Shown: positions 11,461-22,344, counted from the first letter of the stretch. The stretch: DNA of 64,000 bases from an uncultured Gemmatimonadaceae bacterium (GCA_963781585.1 CAWAGQ010000011.1:320001-384000), one strand, 5' to 3'. Notes: generated from the letters alone by a model not told the origin. Program-made: numbers and translations.

Positions 11461-12605
11461 CGCCAACGGAAAAGGCGCACCGCGAGGGTGAAGCACACCG
11501 CGAACCAGGCTCCAGCGATCGCGAGCTCGCCGCGCACGACGTGCCATCCGGCCCCCTGGAGCATCACGCCGCGCACCGCATCCACCACCGCCGTGAGCGG
11601 AAGCGCCTGGATGAACGGCTGCACCGCGGCCGGGAAATTCGACGACGAGAAGAAGACGCCGCTGGCCACCCACATCGGCAGCATCACCACGTTCATCCAC
11701 CCCGACGCCCCTTCCACGGTGCGGGCTCGTGCCGCGATCAGCAGTCCGATGGCGCCGAACGAAAGCGTCCCCGCCACGCACGAGAGCGAGAACAGCGCGA
11801 CCGATCCACGCATCGGCACCCCGAACACCAGCATCCCGAAGCTGGTGATCACCACGACCTCCACCACCATCAACGCCAGCCGCATCAGCACGAACGACAA
11901 CAGGTACTGGGGCCGGCGCATCGGTGTGGCCACGAACCGTTTCAGCAGCTTCTTGCGCCGGGCGTCGACGATGCTGTACCCGATCCCCCAGATGCTGCCG
12001 CCCATCAGGTTCATGCCCAGCAGTCCCGGGAGGACGAAGTCGATGTACCGGGATCCACGCTCGCGCACGATTGCGTTCCGCGCGGCCAGCGGATCCTGCC
12101 GGCCGGCGGCCCGCTGCATCGCACGATCCACGACGAACCGCGCGTTGCGGGCCTCGGGCCGTGCGTCGTCGAACCGGTATTCCACCGACCCGTCGGCACG
12201 CGGCGCCACCACCAGCGCCACCTTCCCGATGCGTAGCGCGGTCATGGCGGCCGAGTCGTCGAGCGCCACCACGCGCACGGCAGAGTCGGCGGCGAGTACG
12301 GCGCGGACCCGCTCGGCGTCAGGCGCCGATGCCACGACGGCCACCCGGGCCACGTCGGCCGGGCGCGAACGGAAGGCGATCCCGAGCCCGGTGGCCAGGA
12401 GCAACGGGAAGACGAACGTCCAGAAGACGGCTTCCGGTTCGCGCAGGAATTCGCGGAATCGGCTGCGGGTGAGTTCGACGAGTGGCGAGCGCGGGGCGTT
12501 GTGCGATGTATCGAGCCGCGCGGCCGGGGCGCTGCCGCGGTCGGGTCGCGGCGCCGCCCGATCGGGCGGTGGCGGGGCGGGGATCGTGGTGCGCTCGCCG
12601 CTCAT
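11457..12605 (-). CDS. ABC-2 type exporter permease
   Basis: 'FLREPEAVFWTFVFP', 'RYIDFVLPGLLG', 'SGVFFS...LPLT'. Confidence 0.9.
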   Translation of the reverse strand: MSGERTTIPAPPPPDRAAPRPDRGSAPAARLDTSHNAPRSPLVELTRSRFREFLREPEAVFWTFVFPLLLATGLGIAFRSRPADVARVAVVASAPDAERVRAVLAADSAVRVVALDDSAAMTALRIGKVALVVAPRADGSVEYRFDDARPEARNARFVVDRAMQRAAGRQDPLAARNAIVRERGSRYIDFVLPGLLGMNLMGGSIWGIGYSIVDARRKKLLKRFVATPMRRPQYLLSFVLMRLALMVVEVVVITSFGMLVFGVPMRGSVALFSLSCVAGTLSFGAIGLLIAARARTVEGASGWMNVVMLPMWVASGVFFSSSNFPAAVQPFIQALPLTAVVDAVRGVMLQGAGWHVVRGELAIAGAWFAVCFTLAVRLFRWR

Positions 12606-13540
12606 GTCTCCCTCAGGTGGCGTCCGGTCAGCGAGACGAATACGTCCTCGAGGGTGGGCGTGTGCACGCGCAGCTCGGTGACGGTGGCGTCCAGGTCGTC
12701 GATCTGCCGGAGAATCGCCGGAAGCGCCTCGTGGGCCGCCGACACCTGCAGCGTCCAGACCGGGCCGTCGGAGCGCGAGGCGAGCACGCCCCGGACGCCA
12801 TCGAAGGCGCTCCCGGGCAGCGCCTGCCCGTCGCCCAGCGACAGTTCCACCACCTGTTCGGCGCCTAACGAGCGGATCAGGTCCCGCGGCGTGCCGGAGG
12901 CGATGATCCGGCCGTGGTCCACCACCGCCACCCGGTCGCACAGCCGCTCGGCTTCATCCATATAGTGGGTGGTGAGCAGGATCGTGCGCCCGGCCGCCCG
13001 CAGCCGGTCCACCAGCTCCCAGAGCTGGCGCCGCGACTGTGGATCGAGCCCGGTGGTGGGCTCGTCGAGAAACAGCAGCTCCGGATCGCCGACCAGCGCG
13101 CAGGCCACCGACAGCCGCTGCTTCTGGCCCCCCGACAGCGCCCCCACCCGCGCCCGCGCCTTCTCCTCGAGCTGCACCAGCCGCACGATCTCGCCAGCCG
13201 ACGGGCCCGATCGGTAGAAGCTGCGAAACAGGCTGACCGTTTCGGTGACCGTGAGCTTCTCGGAGAACTGCGTCTCCTGCAATTGCACGCCAAGCCGCTG
13301 ACGCAACTCGCGTTCGTCGCCGCGCCAGTGAAGCCCCAGTACTACCACCTCGCCCGCATCGGGAACGAGCAGACCCTCGCAGATCTCGATGGTTGTCGTT
13401 TTCCCCGCACCGTTAGGCCCGAGCAGCCCGAAGCACTCGGCGGCGCGCACCTCGAGATCGAGCCCGTCCACCGCCACCACGTCGCCATATGTCTTGCGCA
13501 ACGCGCGGACGTCCAGCACGTTCGCCCGGTTGATCGGCAT
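12602..13540 (-). CDS. ABC transporter ATP-binding protein
   Basis: Walker A GPNGAGKTT, signature LSGGQ, Walker B LFLDEPT. Confidence 0.95.
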   Translation of the reverse strand: MPINRANVLDVRALRKTYGDVVAVDGLDLEVRAAECFGLLGPNGAGKTTTIEICEGLLVPDAGEVVVLGLHWRGDERELRQRLGVQLQETQFSEKLTVTETVSLFRSFYRSGPSAGEIVRLVQLEEKARARVGALSGGQKQRLSVACALVGDPELLFLDEPTTGLDPQSRRQLWELVDRLRAAGRTILLTTHYMDEAERLCDRVAVVDHGRIIASGTPRDLIRSLGAEQVVELSLGDGQALPGSAFDGVRGVLASRSDGPVWTLQVSAAHEALPAILRQIDDLDATVTELRVHTPTLEDVFVSLTGRHLRET

Positions 13541-13663
13541 CCGCTGAGACTAATCGAACCGCTGCACCGGGGGGAGGCGCGCATCGTCCCGCGGAGCGGC
13601 ATCGCTCCGGTCCAGCCGGGTGCTCCCGTTTTCTCCAGTCGCGCTCACGCTTTGCCCCCGCCC

Positions 13664-14557
13664 ATGCTCACCATCCGGAATCTCGTCAAGGTCTATCCCG
13701 GGCCCGTGGCCGCCCTGCAGGGCGTGAGCCTGGACGTGCCCCCCGGTCTGTTCGGACTCCTGGGTCCCAACGGCGCCGGCAAGACCACGCTCATGCGCAT
13801 CGTCGCCGGCGTCCTGCAGCCGACGTCGGGGGCCGTTCATCTCGATGACCTAGACGTGCTCGCCAACCCGCAGGCGCTGTGGACCACGCTCGGCTACCTG
13901 CCCCAGGAATTCGGGTTCCTCCCCCACCTGAGCGGACAGCGAATGCTGGAGTACCTGCTGCGGCTCAAGGGCATTGCGTCCGACGGCGGCGTGTCGCGGC
14001 TCGCGGGCGAGTTGCTGGAGCGGGTGAATCTGAGTCACGCGGCGCGGCGCAAGGTGAAGGAGTACTCGGGCGGCATGCGCCAGCGCCTGGGAATCGCGCA
14101 GGCCATCGCCGGCGACCCGAAGCTGCTGATCGTCGATGAGCCGACCGCCGGGCTCGACCCCGAGGAACGCCTGCGCTTCTATCGCGCACTCGCGGAACTG
14201 GCGGAACGGCGCACCGTGCTGCTGTCGACACACATCGTGGAGGACGTATCGGTGCTCTGCCCGCGGTTCGCGATCATCCGTGACGGGCGGGTGGTGGCGC
14301 TCACGTCGCCTCGCGAGGCGCGCGAAGAACTGGCCGGGAGGATCTTCGAGGGCGACGTGGCCGCCGACGCCCTCGAGTCGGTCCGGCGCGACCGTCGCGT
14401 GACCCAGGCCATCCTCCTGGAAGGACGAAACCGGGTGCGCGTGTTCGAACCCTCGGGCGTGTGCCCGGCCGGGTTCGAGCCGGTGGCCCCCACCCTCGAG
14501 GATGCCTATCTCCTCGTTATGCAGGACGCCGGCGGAAGCGCCGGTGCGGCCGCGTGA
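13664..14557 (+). CDS. ABC transporter ATP-binding protein
   Basis: MLTIRNLVK start; GPNGAGKTT, YSGGM, IVDEPT. Confidence 0.95.
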   Translation: MLTIRNLVKVYPGPVAALQGVSLDVPPGLFGLLGPNGAGKTTLMRIVAGVLQPTSGAVHLDDLDVLANPQALWTTLGYLPQEFGFLPHLSGQRMLEYLLRLKGIASDGGVSRLAGELLERVNLSHAARRKVKEYSGGMRQRLGIAQAIAGDPKLLIVDEPTAGLDPEERLRFYRALAELAERRTVLLSTHIVEDVSVLCPRFAIIRDGRVVALTSPREAREELAGRIFEGDVAADALESVRRDRRVTQAILLEGRNRVRVFEPSGVCPAGFEPVAPTLEDAYLLVMQDAGGSAGAAA

Positions 14558-17500
14558 GCCTGCGCCGTCTGGGAGTGGTCGCGCGGGACGAACTGCGCTA
14601 CACCGTGCGGCGCCCGATGGTCTGGATCCTCCTGGTGCTGCTGGTCCTGATCACCTGGGGGCTCAGCAGCGGCAACGTGCAGATCATCATCGCCTCGGGC
14701 GACGCCACGGTCGGGGGCAAGAAGGCATGGCTCACCTCGGAGTTCGCGCTGTCGCAGATCCTCGCCATCACGAGCTTCCTCTTCTACCTGTTCTTCGCCT
14801 CCGCCGCCGCGGGCCTGACCGTGATCCGCGACGCCGAGGCCGGGGTGCTCGAGATTCTGCAGGCGACGCCGCTGCGCCCGTCGGAATACGTCTGGGGCAA
14901 GTTCCTCGGCGTCCTGGGCGGGTTCCTCGCCGTGCTGGCGCTGCACGTCGCGATTCTCATTCTCATCCTGCAGGTGCTGCCGAACGCCGACATGCTCGAC
15001 ACGCGGGGACCGTTCGCGCTCGGCAACTATCTGCATCCGACGCTGCTCTTTGCGCTCCCGGTGATCGTCTTCGCCGCGGGAACCGCGTTCGGCGTCGGGA
15101 CCGCCACCCGCCGCGCGATCCTGGTCTTCGTGCTTCCGGTGGCGCTGACCCTCCTGGCCGGATTCTTCCTCTGGAGCTGGTCCCCGTCCTGGCTCGATCC
15201 CCGCATCAACCGGCTCCTGATGGCGATCGATCCCGGCGGCGTGCGGTGGCTGAGCGAGATGTGGCTCAAGGTTGATCGCGGCGCCGATTTCTACAACACG
15301 CAACCCGTCCGCCCCGACCTGCTGCTGATCGCCAATCGCCTCGTGATGCTGACCGTCGCCCTGGGCGCGGTCGCGCTCGGCGGACGCCGGTTCGCGCGCC
15401 TGGCCCGCGGGGAGCAGGCCGTCAGCACCGACGACGTGTCACGGGCCCTGGCGGCGCCGCCGATCGCGTCCGTGCCGGTGATGGCAGCGTCGGCGCCACG
15501 CCTCGCCACCCGGGTCGCGCGCGTGGGCTTCTGGGCATCGGCGTGGAAGATCGCCCGCGCCGAAGGGCGCGAGTTGCGCAGCCAGCCCGGCCTGTACCTC
15601 TTCATCCCGATCATCCTGCTGGAAATCCTGGGCGACTCGCTCACCGCACTGGGCCCGTTCGACACGCCGCTGCTGCTGGTGCCGGGCGACCTGGCGGTGG
15701 GCCAGATGCAGATGCAGGTGTCGTACGTTGCGCTGCTGCTGATTTTCTACGCCGTCGAGTCGCTGACGCGGGAACGCAGCACGCGGCTCAGCGCCATTCA
15801 GGACGCGACCCCCGTGTCGAACGGCGCGATCGTCACCGGCAAGGTCATGGCGCTGGGCGTGCTGTGGGCCATCATCGCGGGCGCCTGCCTGGTCGCGTCG
15901 CTCGTCGCGATCCTGATTCAGGGACGCGTCTCGTTCTCGGTCTGGCCGTTCGCCCTGGTGTGGGGCCTGATCCTCCTTCCGTCGTATCTCGTGTGGACCG
16001 CGTTCATCTTCGCGGTCTTCGCCATCACGCGGAGCCGGTTCACCACCTACGGTGTGGCGGTGGCCACGTTCGCCCTCACCATCTTCGAGGCCGTTCGCGG
16101 AAAGCTCACCTGGCTCTGGAACTGGCCCCTCTGGAATGCGATGCGGTGGTCGGACATGAGCGTGTTCGAGTTCGATCGGAGCGCGTTGATCCTGAACCGG
16201 TTGCTCATGCTCGGGTTCGCGGCCCTCCTGTTCCGTATTGCGATACGGCTTTACCCGCGCCGCGATCGCGACGTCACGCGCTCCCTGCACGCCTTCGCGC
16301 CGCGCGCGATGTGGGGAACCGTGCGGCGCGCGTGGGCCGTCGTGGTGCCGACCGCGATCGTGTTCTCGCTGCTGTGGCACCAGATCGCGATCGGCCCGGA
16401 CGGGCCGCAGGCCGACCGGATGGCGAAGAACTACTGGAAGAAGAACCTCGCCACCTGGAAGGACACCCGGATCCCGTGGCTCAAGCACGCCGACCTCCAG
16501 GTGGAGCTCGAGCCGGCGCAGCGCCGCTGGAGCGTGCGGGGGAGCTACCTGATCGTGAACCAGCTCGACTCCACCATCCAGCAGGTGCCGATTACCGTCG
16601 GCCGGTGGGACGACATGAGCTGGACCCTGGACGGCACCCCGTACACGCCGGATACGGCGTCGCACCTGTTCGTCTTCACCACCCCGCACCCGCTCAATCG
16701 CGGTGACAGCGTGCGCATCGGGTTCACGTACGTGGGCACGGAACGCGGATCGACCAAACGGGGCGGCGGCGCGAGCGAATTCGTGGTGCCCTCAGGCGTT
16801 GTCATGACCGGATTCTCTCCCCGCTACTTCCCGTACCTCGGATACGTCGAGGGCATCGGCGTGGAGCGTGACAAGAACCAGTACGAACCGCGCCAGTATC
16901 CCGACCGCTGGTACGAGGGTGTCACGCCACCGGTATTCGGGTCCCAGCGCCCCCAGACGGTGCGGATGCAGGTCACCGCCCCCGCCGACTTTACCGTGAA
17001 CGGCGTGGGCGAGCTGGTCGAGCAGCATGTCAGCGGCGGCAGGCGGACCGACGTGTGGGAGAGCGACCAGCCGGTCATGGCCTTCAACCTGGTTGCCGCG
17101 AAAGCACAGGAGCGGCGCGGAACCGGCACCGCGCTGTTCTACCATCCGGCGCACTCGTACAACATCGACGAGATGATCCAGGCCCTCGACGCGGCGCGGC
17201 ACTGGTACGGCGAATGGTACGGCGCGTTTCCGTGGAAGGAACTGAAGATCACCGAGTTCCCCAACCTCGCGAGCTACGCACAGGGATTCCCCACCAACAT
17301 CAGCTTCTCTGAGGGAATCGGATTTCTCACCAAGAGCGACCGGAAAACGAATCTCGCGTTCATGGTCACCGCCCACGAGTCGGCGCACCAATGGTGGGGC
17401 AACCTGGTGCAACCGGGCGTGGGACCGAGCGGCAACTTCCTCAGCGAAGGGATGGCGCACTTCTCCACCGCGCTGCTCCTCGAGCAGGTGAAGGGCGCGC

Positions 17501-18162
17501 ACGCGGCGATGGAATTCCGGCAGCGAATCGAATCACAGTACGGCGACCAGCGCCACGCCGACGCCGAGCGCAAGATGTACCGCGTGGACGGCTCCAAGGA
17601 CGGAGACAACACGCTCTGGTACAACAAGGGTGGATGGGTCTTCTGGATGCTTGCCGACCGCATGGGACGGCAGAACGCGCTGCGCGGGATGAAGGACTTC
17701 GTGACGAAGTACTATGGCAACCCCGACCATCCGGTGCTGTACGATTTCACCGACCACATGCGCCGCTACGCGAGCGACACGGCCGCCTACAACGATTTCG
17801 TGAAGCAGTGGTTCGACTCGGTGGTTGTACCCGAATACCGCGTGCGTGACGTGAAGCGCACCCGCGTCGATTCGGATGGAACGTCGTGGGAGACGTCGGC
17901 GACCATCGAAAACGCGGGCACCGGCCGCATGCCGGTCGAGGTCGCGGTGAGCCGCGGGGTCCGCTTCCCCAATGACTCCTCGGCGACGAAGGCAGACAGT
18001 ACGCGCTACGCCGACGCCCGCGTGACCATCACGCTCGACGGCGGCGCCAACCAGCGGGTGGTGATCCGCTCTGCGTTCGAGCCCGAGCAGGTGGTGGTGG
18101 ATCCGGACGTCCGGGTGCTGCAGCTGCGCCGCAAGTCGGCCATGGCGAAGATCCCGCGGTAG
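14554..18162 (+). CDS. ABC permease (two TM modules) fused to a C-terminal M1 zinc aminopeptidase domain
   Basis: GTG overlaps the ATPase stop (GTGA); duplicated ABC-2 TM blocks; HESAH..E zinc motif, 'YAQGFP', 'YNKG'. Confidence 0.9.
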   Translation: MSLRRLGVVARDELRYTVRRPMVWILLVLLVLITWGLSSGNVQIIIASGDATVGGKKAWLTSEFALSQILAITSFLFYLFFASAAAGLTVIRDAEAGVLEILQATPLRPSEYVWGKFLGVLGGFLAVLALHVAILILILQVLPNADMLDTRGPFALGNYLHPTLLFALPVIVFAAGTAFGVGTATRRAILVFVLPVALTLLAGFFLWSWSPSWLDPRINRLLMAIDPGGVRWLSEMWLKVDRGADFYNTQPVRPDLLLIANRLVMLTVALGAVALGGRRFARLARGEQAVSTDDVSRALAAPPIASVPVMAASAPRLATRVARVGFWASAWKIARAEGRELRSQPGLYLFIPIILLEILGDSLTALGPFDTPLLLVPGDLAVGQMQMQVSYVALLLIFYAVESLTRERSTRLSAIQDATPVSNGAIVTGKVMALGVLWAIIAGACLVASLVAILIQGRVSFSVWPFALVWGLILLPSYLVWTAFIFAVFAITRSRFTTYGVAVATFALTIFEAVRGKLTWLWNWPLWNAMRWSDMSVFEFDRSALILNRLLMLGFAALLFRIAIRLYPRRDRDVTRSLHAFAPRAMWGTVRRAWAVVVPTAIVFSLLWHQIAIGPDGPQADRMAKNYWKKNLATWKDTRIPWLKHADLQVELEPAQRRWSVRGSYLIVNQLDSTIQQVPITVGRWDDMSWTLDGTPYTPDTASHLFVFTTPHPLNRGDSVRIGFTYVGTERGSTKRGGGASEFVVPSGVVMTGFSPRYFPYLGYVEGIGVERDKNQYEPRQYPDRWYEGVTPPVFGSQRPQTVRMQVTAPADFTVNGVGELVEQHVSGGRRTDVWESDQPVMAFNLVAAKAQERRGTGTALFYHPAHSYNIDEMIQALDAARHWYGEWYGAFPWKELKITEFPNLASYAQGFPTNISFSEGIGFLTKSDRKTNLAFMVTAHESAHQWWGNLVQPGVGPSGNFLSEGMAHFSTALLLEQVKGAHAAMEFRQRIESQYGDQRHADAERKMYRVDGSKDGDNTLWYNKGGWVFWMLADRMGRQNALRGMKDFVTKYYGNPDHPVLYDFTDHMRRYASDTAAYNDFVKQWFDSVVVPEYRVRDVKRTRVDSDGTSWETSATIENAGTGRMPVEVAVSRGVRFPNDSSATKADSTRYADARVTITLDGGANQRVVIRSAFEPEQVVVDPDVRVLQLRRKSAMAKIPR

Positions 18163-18183
18163 CGTTCGGGGTCACCGTGCCCC

Positions 18184-18223
18184 GGTCCTCTGTGGTACGG
18201 CACGTCTTCAACCACAGGGGACC
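18184..18223. terminator. Stem-loop after the ABC/M1 operon (terminator or REP-like)
   Basis: GGTCCTCTGTGGT..ACCACAGGGGACC 13-bp stem with one G-U pair; no U-tract. Confidence 0.4.
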
Positions 18224-18354
18224 CAGCACACTGACGGCGAGGATTCTCACCGGACGCTCGTTCTCTGTGATCTCTGCGGTTTCTGCCCACCGAAACATTC
18301 GGCGGCTCCCGGCGTAGGTATTCCTCTCGCCGCTCAGGAAGGGGACGCTCGCGC

Positions 18355-20805
18355 ATGCTGGCCGTCGCCGCACTGTCACTCGCACTCCATGTCTCGGTCC
18401 AGGTCGGGGCCGGCGGCACGTCCGACAGCGCCAAGCGCGCCAACCGCGACTCCATTCGCGCTCTCATTCGGGAGCGGGAGTACGATCGCTCGCGCAGGCC
18501 GCCGGTGCGGATTCCCGTCACGCCCGAGCTCGAAGCCAGCGCCTTTCGCGACTCGCGCGCCAGGGACCTGTTGTTGAGTGCGCGGGCGGCGCGACTGCGG
18601 CAGGACTCAACGCTCCAGTCGTACGACGCCAACGCCTACCAGCGATTGTCGGTCGGGATCGGTCTTCGAGCCATCGGACGGGACCGGCTGTTCTTCCGCA
18701 CCGAAAACGCCACCCGCGTGCGCTGGTCGCGCGACGGCGGCGCCTGGATCGACGTCAAGGGAGAACGCAGCGTCGTGCCCGGCATCAAGGACGCCGACAC
18801 CGACGTCGACCTGAGCGATCTCGTCTCGCTGCCCTACTTCCCCGGACGCGAAGCGCTCTGGGTCGGCTCGAGCGCAACCGCGAGGCCCGAGGTTGACGAG
18901 CGGGAACTGGTCCACCCCATCGCGACGGGGTCCGAAGCGTACTACCGCTACTCGACCGGGGATTCCATCAAGTTCACTCTCCCCGATGGCAAGGTGATTC
19001 GCCTGCAGGAGCTGCGGGTCGAGCCGCGGCGGCCCGAGTGGAAGCTGTCGGTGGGATCGTTCTGGTTCGACGTCTCCTCGGGCCAACTCGTGCGCGCGGT
19101 GTACCGGTTGGCGGTGCCGATCGACATCTGGGCGGTGGCCAGCGACGAGGCGCGGCGCGACGCCGAGGAGGCCGTGGCGGCGGGGCGGAAGCCAAACAAG
19201 GACGATGATCCTCCCGGTTGGGTGAAGGGGCTGATCTCGCCACTCTCGGCCAATCTGGAAGTCGTGACGATCGAGTACGGACTCTACGGCACGCGCTTCT
19301 GGATGCCACGCACACAGTATGCGGAAGGCTGGGCCCGCGCGGGTTTCATGCGGATCCCGTTCAAGATCGAGGAATCGTTCAAGTACGCGAGCGTCAATGG
19401 CGGCGAGAGCATCCCGCCGGTTCCTCCGGCGCCGAAGACGTTGCGTGATTCGCTTTTCCCGGGCGACAGCACGCCGTGGCGCGACCTTGCCCCTGACGAG
19501 CGCCGTCGCCGGAACGCGGCCATCTCGGATGCGGCGGCCGAGCGCGCCAGGAATCGCGAGGCCGCGCGCAAGGACGAGTGCCAGACCACCGGCTCCTGGA
19601 CGCAGGTCATGGAACGCTACCAGGGCGCGGTACGGGTTGCCGTGCAGATTCCGTGCGACAGCCTCAAGCTGGCGACGTCTCCCGAGCTGCCGCCCTCGAT
19701 CTTCGATCCCGCGGACGAACTCTTCGGCGTGCACGAACGAGATGAGCTGGTCAAGGCGCTCGGGTTCTCGCTGCAGGCCGACTGGGCGCCGCAGCGTCCG
19801 GTGCTGCACTATGGCCTGGCGCTCACCCGGTACAACCGCGTCGAAGGCCTGTCCAGCGGGCTTGGTGTCACCTCGCAGCTTGGCCGTGGGTACACCCTCG
19901 ACGGCACCGCGCGCCTCGGGACCGGGGACTGGGAGCCTAACGCGGAACTGGGCGTGTCGAGATCGAACGGCCGCACCACCTGGCGGCTGGGTGGATACCG
20001 CCGCCTCGCGGTGGCCAGCGACTGGGGCAACCCCCTGTCGTTCGGGAGCAGCCTGACCGCGCTCCTGTTCGGACGCGACGACGGCTTCTACTACCGTGCC
20101 GCCGGCGCCCAGCTGGAACGATCGAGTACCGCCGGCGGCGGATTCTCCACGCGATTCTTCGCGGAATACGACACGCCCGCGCGTGTGACCACGCGATTCA
20201 ACCTGGCGCGCGCGTTCGGCTCGCCGACCGAATTCCGGGACAACGTCGACGCCGTCCGCGGAACGGCTCTTGGCACGGCGATACGCGACACGCGCAGCTT
20301 CGGACTGGATCCGGCGGGCTGGCGCGCGTTCACCGATCTGCGATTGGAGGGCGGGTGGTTCGCTCCGGCGCATTCGCAGGACGGTGCCGCGCATGCGTTC
20401 GCTCGCGCCGCCGCCGATGTCACCGTATCGCGCGGCCTCGGCGGCGCCCTGGCCGCGGCGCTCACCGTGGGCGGCGGCAACAGCGACCACGCACCCATCC
20501 AGCGCGCCTTCTTCCTTGGCGGAGCCCAGACGGTGCGCGGCCAGGTGCCGGGGACCGGGATCGGACAGGCATACTGGCTGTCGCGACTCGAACTGGGCAC
20601 CAGCGGCAGCGGCGCGCGGCGTGTGCTGTTCGGCGACCTCGGCTGGGCCGGTCCGCGCGCCATGTGGCAGCATCCCGGCCGGCCCATGAGCGGCGCCGGC
20701 GTCGGCCTCTCGTTCCTCGACGGCCTGGTTCGCGCCGATCTCTCACACGGCATCTATCCACGCAAGAAGCTGCGCTTCGATCTGTACCTGGAAGCACCCT
20801 TCTAG
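18355..20805 (+). CDS. Outer membrane protein with a C-terminal Omp85-like beta-barrel, function unknown
   Basis: Signal peptide; 'RYNRVEGL', 'FFLGGAQTVRG' (L6-loop-like); ends in amphipathic strand 'RFDLYLEAPF'. Confidence 0.7.
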   Translation: MLAVAALSLALHVSVQVGAGGTSDSAKRANRDSIRALIREREYDRSRRPPVRIPVTPELEASAFRDSRARDLLLSARAARLRQDSTLQSYDANAYQRLSVGIGLRAIGRDRLFFRTENATRVRWSRDGGAWIDVKGERSVVPGIKDADTDVDLSDLVSLPYFPGREALWVGSSATARPEVDERELVHPIATGSEAYYRYSTGDSIKFTLPDGKVIRLQELRVEPRRPEWKLSVGSFWFDVSSGQLVRAVYRLAVPIDIWAVASDEARRDAEEAVAAGRKPNKDDDPPGWVKGLISPLSANLEVVTIEYGLYGTRFWMPRTQYAEGWARAGFMRIPFKIEESFKYASVNGGESIPPVPPAPKTLRDSLFPGDSTPWRDLAPDERRRRNAAISDAAAERARNREAARKDECQTTGSWTQVMERYQGAVRVAVQIPCDSLKLATSPELPPSIFDPADELFGVHERDELVKALGFSLQADWAPQRPVLHYGLALTRYNRVEGLSSGLGVTSQLGRGYTLDGTARLGTGDWEPNAELGVSRSNGRTTWRLGGYRRLAVASDWGNPLSFGSSLTALLFGRDDGFYYRAAGAQLERSSTAGGGFSTRFFAEYDTPARVTTRFNLARAFGSPTEFRDNVDAVRGTALGTAIRDTRSFGLDPAGWRAFTDLRLEGGWFAPAHSQDGAAHAFARAAADVTVSRGLGGALAAALTVGGGNSDHAPIQRAFFLGGAQTVRGQVPGTGIGQAYWLSRLELGTSGSGARRVLFGDLGWAGPRAMWQHPGRPMSGAGVGLSFLDGLVRADLSHGIYPRKKLRFDLYLEAPF

Positions 20806-20930
20806 CAGGAAGCGGGACGAGGGATCCCGAAGGATGGCGCGGCCCCTGCGCCCCTCTGGCCGCACGCCCATCTCGTCACGCGATCCTCCCGGCTGCACAT
20901 TTCCGCATCCCACTTCGTGCGGAGGGCACC

Positions 20931-21248
20931 GTGTGGAAGGACTTCAAGGCATTCCTCATCAAGGACAACGTCGTTGGACTCGCGATCGCCGTCATCATCG
21001 GACTCGCGCTGAACTCGGTGGTCAAGTCGCTCGTCGATGACGTGCTCATGCCGGTGATCAATCTCGTCACGTCGTCGATGGGCGGCACGTGGCAGACGTG
21101 GAAGCTGTGGCTCACGTCCAACAAGACCGACGGTCCCGCGATCGGGGTGGGCAGCCTGCTGAGCAATCTCATCAACTTCGCGGTGATCGGGTTCGTCTGC
21201 TGGCGCATCAGCGTGATCTTCGTCCGTCCCGCCAAGGCGGCCGAGTAG
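20931..21248 (+). CDS. mscL: Large-conductance mechanosensitive channel
   Basis: RBS GGAGG; 'WKDFKAFLIKDNVVGLAIAVIIG...VKSLVDDVLMP...LINF'. Confidence 0.9.
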   Translation: MWKDFKAFLIKDNVVGLAIAVIIGLALNSVVKSLVDDVLMPVINLVTSSMGGTWQTWKLWLTSNKTDGPAIGVGSLLSNLINFAVIGFVCWRISVIFVRPAKAAE

Positions 21249-21274
21249 GAGCCTAACGCCGAAGCGGGACCCAT

Positions 21275-21295
21275 GCGGCGGCGCGCCGCCGCTTT
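21275..21295. terminator. GC palindrome between convergent mscL and phzF-like genes
   Basis: GCGGCGGCGCGCCGCCGC followed by TTT. Confidence 0.45.
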
Positions 21296-21351
21296 CGGAC
21301 CGATGCGTCAGACCGGTTGATTCAGGGCGGCCGATTCAGGGCCGCCCGCGG

Positions 21352-22266
21352 TCACGCTGCCTCGATGCTTCCCTCGCAGACCAGCACACTCGATCCACCC
21401 ACGCGCACCGTGGTGACCGCACCCGCCTGCTTCTCCACCTCGATCTCGAGGAGGCTGGGCCGACCCATCTCGTAGCCCTGTTCCACCACCCACGCGAAGG
21501 TCCCCTGCGGCTCCTTCTTCCGTGCTCCGAGATAGCCGCCCAGCGCCGCGCATGCCGAGCCGGTCGCCGGATCCTCCGATACCGAGATGCCCGGCGCGAA
21601 CATCCGCGCCCGGATCTGGTGCCCCGGCTCCTCGGCATCCGGCGCGAAGACAAAGATCATCTCGCCGGGCGTGCCGGCGAGCCGCTGCTCCCATGGCTCT
21701 GTGCGAATGCGCGCGCGTCGCACGGCGTCGCGGTTCACGACCGGCACGAACGCGAAGGGGAGTCCGCATGAAACCACCTGCGGCTGGAAGTCGCCGCCCA
21801 CGAAGTCATCGTCGCGCAGCGAGAGGATCTGCGCCAGCTGTGACCGCTCAGGCAGCGGCGGCCCGACCTCCGGGCGCCTGGCGGCGGTGAGTTGCGAGAA
21901 GTAGGGCCGCCCTGCGCGCGATCGGATCAGCACCGGGACCGGGCCCACTCCCTCCTCCAGCACGATTCCGGTCTCGTCCCCGGCCAGGTCGATCTCGCCG
22001 ATCGATGCCAGCACGAACGCCGTGCCCACGGTCGGGTGACCGGCGAACGGCACTTCGCCACCCGGCGTGAAGATGCGCACCCGGCGCGTGTGCCCCGGGT
22101 CGGAGGGCGGCAGGACGAACGTCGTCTCCGAATAGTTGAACTCGCGCGCGATGGCCAGCATCAGCTCGTCGCTGAGTCCGGCGGCGTGAGGCAGCACCGC
22201 GAGCGGGTTCCCGCCGAAGCGCTTGGCGGTGAAGACGTCGGCGGTGAGATAGCGATAGGAAGTCAT
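21352..22266 (-). CDS. PhzF family isomerase/epimerase
   Basis: '[15 protein letters not shown]', 'NYSETTF', 'EVPFAGHPT', 'EDPATGSA', '[10 protein letters not shown]'. Confidence 0.95.
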   Translation of the reverse strand: MTSYRYLTADVFTAKRFGGNPLAVLPHAAGLSDELMLAIAREFNYSETTFVLPPSDPGHTRRVRIFTPGGEVPFAGHPTVGTAFVLASIGEIDLAGDETGIVLEEGVGPVPVLIRSRAGRPYFSQLTAARRPEVGPPLPERSQLAQILSLRDDDFVGGDFQPQVVSCGLPFAFVPVVNRDAVRRARIRTEPWEQRLAGTPGEMIFVFAPDAEEPGHQIRARMFAPGISVSEDPATGSACAALGGYLGARKKEPQGTFAWVVEQGYEMGRPSLLEIEVEKQAGAVTTVRVGGSSVLVCEGSIEAA

Positions 22267-22344
22267 GGCCTGGAACGGGGAGACGACTGAACACCCACCA
22301 CGCTCGCGGCACTTCACGCCGGCCGCGAGCGCCGCGCCCTCGCG

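Noticed and set aside
21352..22266. Phenazine biosynthesis cluster
   Set aside because: Lone PhzF-family gene; no phzA/B/D/E/G nearby.
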